Shown here: one piece after another, positions 45,278 to 46,782 of the stretch
How the letters are laid out: every line of letters begins with the position of its first letter
Position numbering within the stretch: the stretch's first letter is position 1
NCBI GenBank assembly: GCA_032718475.1
Contig: JAUCBJ010006758.1
Location: 1 to 46,782 of the forward strand
Direction of reading: 5' to 3'
DNA length: 46,782 bases
DNA from: Nemertoderma westbladi
Taxonomy: Eukaryota > Animalia > Xenacoelomorpha
Position numbers and translations under genes: made by a program
The notes under the pieces: generated by a model
Seen by the model: the letters and a program-made list of their open reading frames with translations, nothing else
The model's database searches: none
What the model was told of the DNA's origin: nothing

Positions 45278-46782
45278 ATGTCTGATACTAAGCAGAACCT
45301 GTCAGACAGTTTATTAGATGTAACTATCTGCGACTCAGATAGAGACGTACAAACGTCTGGTCGTAAATCCAGTTCACCTCCCACTGTGAGGAAGGTCATC
45401 CCTCCAGTAGTAATAACAGAACCTAGGCTGGTCCAACATCGTAGGTCTATCATAGGCACTCGAGCTCAGGTCAAGCGGGACCAAAAGGCAGCGGAACAGC
45501 AACAACCCGCTAGTCAAGAACTTATTCCTCAGCGGCCCAGCAGCTCCAGTAGTGAGGATACTGTAGAGCTGACACCCGAGAGCGAAGCAGAGATGACGGA
45601 TGCGGTTTATACGGATCCCCTTCTCATCCTTCCTGCAGCCGTGCTCGCTGGGTTATTGATCGCGGTGGAAGAACACCAGATCGATTGGGCGAGAAGTCAA
45701 CGGCCAACTAGAGATAACTACGCGGGATACACTAGTGAAGAACTGAAGTCTATTGTCGAGTCGCAATGGAACTTCCCCGGACCCGGACTCCCGTTTGATT
45801 TATCCGAAGCGGCCTGGGAAGACATACACAGGATGGGAGTAGCCAAGGAAACCATCGATCCAGCTGTGTGGAAGAGGTCCGCAGCCGGATACGCACAGGG
45901 ATTCTTCAGCTCTATGGAGCGAATAGAAAAGCAACTTTTTCAACAACCTCAAGGACCTCAAGAGCAGGGATCGCTGCTTTATCAAGTTAGAGAAAGAGTT
46001 CTGCGGATTAGGCTAATCTTATCCGCCTTTGAGGAGGCTTCTAAACGAAAGCAAGACACGTCGTTGCAAGTTGCCGTAAAGACTTGGTTTCAAAGGGTGA
46101 GTCGCCAGGTTCAAGGAGCAGCTCAGTGGAAAGCTCAATTGGAGGAGCGCTCAACCCATGGAGAATCAACGGACGCTATTTCTTCCCAAGTGGAAAGTGA
46201 AGCGACGGCAGAGAAACCGCATAAGAAGGATGCCATTGATATCTATCTGTCAGACTATCAGCGTTTTGTGGGAGATAAAGAGTTGAGGAGAAGGCTAGAG
46301 GGACTTAGCCCTAATAGCGAAGGAGCCAAACTTGTGTTAGATGCGATTGATGTGGATAGGTTAGCGGCGAACCAAGCTAAATTCGATGAACAACTCCGCA
46401 TCGCTAGAGAAAGGGAAGAACAAGTAAGGAAAAAACGTATAGAAGACAGAAAGGCCGCAGCAAAAGCAGAGGCAGAGGCAAAAGCGGCAGCAGCAGAAGC
46501 AGCGGCAGAAGCAAAAGCGGCAATAGCAAAGGCAGAGGCAGAGGTAAAAGCGGCAGCGGCAGAGGCAAAAGCGGCAGCAGCAGAAGCAGAACGGAGAGCG
46601 GCTGAAGAGATCGCCCAACTGGAGTTGGAAACGCTTCAAGAGAAGCAAGACGACTTCAGTAAACAGTTAACAGCTAGTAATATGCAGATGATGAATCGAT
46701 CCACTCCCAAAAGACAGGGATATACATCATCAGAAGAAGGCGATACCACCGATACTGAAGGCAAAGGAAATAGATCTCGTCA
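45278..46782 (+). CDS. Unknown protein, >=501 codons, 3'-incomplete (possibly retroelement Gag-like)
   Basis: ATG 45278 (MSDTKQNLSDSLLDV...) with no in-frame stop to the window end. S/P-rich N-terminus, helical middle, A/E/K-rich coiled-coil repeat at ~46450-46600. Confidence 0.75.
   Translation, partial: MSDTKQNLSDSLLDVTICDSDRDVQTSGRKSSSPPTVRKVIPPVVITEPRLVQHRRSIIGTRAQVKRDQKAAEQQQPASQELIPQRPSSSSSEDTVELTPESEAEMTDAVYTDPLLILPAAVLAGLLIAVEEHQIDWARSQRPTRDNYAGYTSEELKSIVESQWNFPGPGLPFDLSEAAWEDIHRMGVAKETIDPAVWKRSAAGYAQGFFSSMERIEKQLFQQPQGPQEQGSLLYQVRERVLRIRLILSAFEEASKRKQDTSLQVAVKTWFQRVSRQVQGAAQWKAQLEERSTHGESTDAISSQVESEATAEKPHKKDAIDIYLSDYQRFVGDKELRRRLEGLSPNSEGAKLVLDAIDVDRLAANQAKFDEQLRIAREREEQVRKKRIEDRKAAAKAEAEAKAAAAEAAAEAKAAIAKAEAEVKAAAAEAKAAAAEAERRAAEEIAQLELETLQEKQDDFSKQLTASNMQMMNRSTPKRQGYTSSEEGDTTDTEGKGNRSR

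Noticed and set aside
46361-46648. Cys-rich minus-strand ORF
   Set aside because: It is the antisense shadow of the GCA/GAG-rich Ala/Glu/Lys repeat in the plus-strand ORF.

Overview
Repeat-rich eukaryotic DNA, probably from an invertebrate animal (spliceosomal introns, many poly-G/C tracts). No CRISPR or prokaryotic operon. Intact ORFs: a 1399-aa Mutator-like (MULE) transposase between ~240-bp TIRs, an intronless RING/B-box/coiled-coil (TRIM-like) gene plus a LINE-truncated duplicate, the 3' exons of a kinectin/RRBP1-like gene fused to a Gypsy gag relic, and a >=501-codon ORF that runs off the window end and is missing from the ORF track. Mobile DNA: five RTE-like LINE copies, a full-length Gypsy element with apparently identical LTRs but a broken gag-pol, several MITEs and a tRNA-derived SINE. 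Not visible in the ORF track: (i) a small GG-ended TIR element, possibly Merlin-derived, whose gene relic ends in a replication-dependent-histone-type 3' stem-loop; (ii) two inverted-repeat-bounded elements carrying intronless host-gene fragments (DDX1 N-terminus plus SPRY, and ALDH3); (iii) divergence dominated by short (mostly 5-8-nt) duplications that resemble transposon excision footprints. All family assignments come from motif recognition by eye. No database searches were run.
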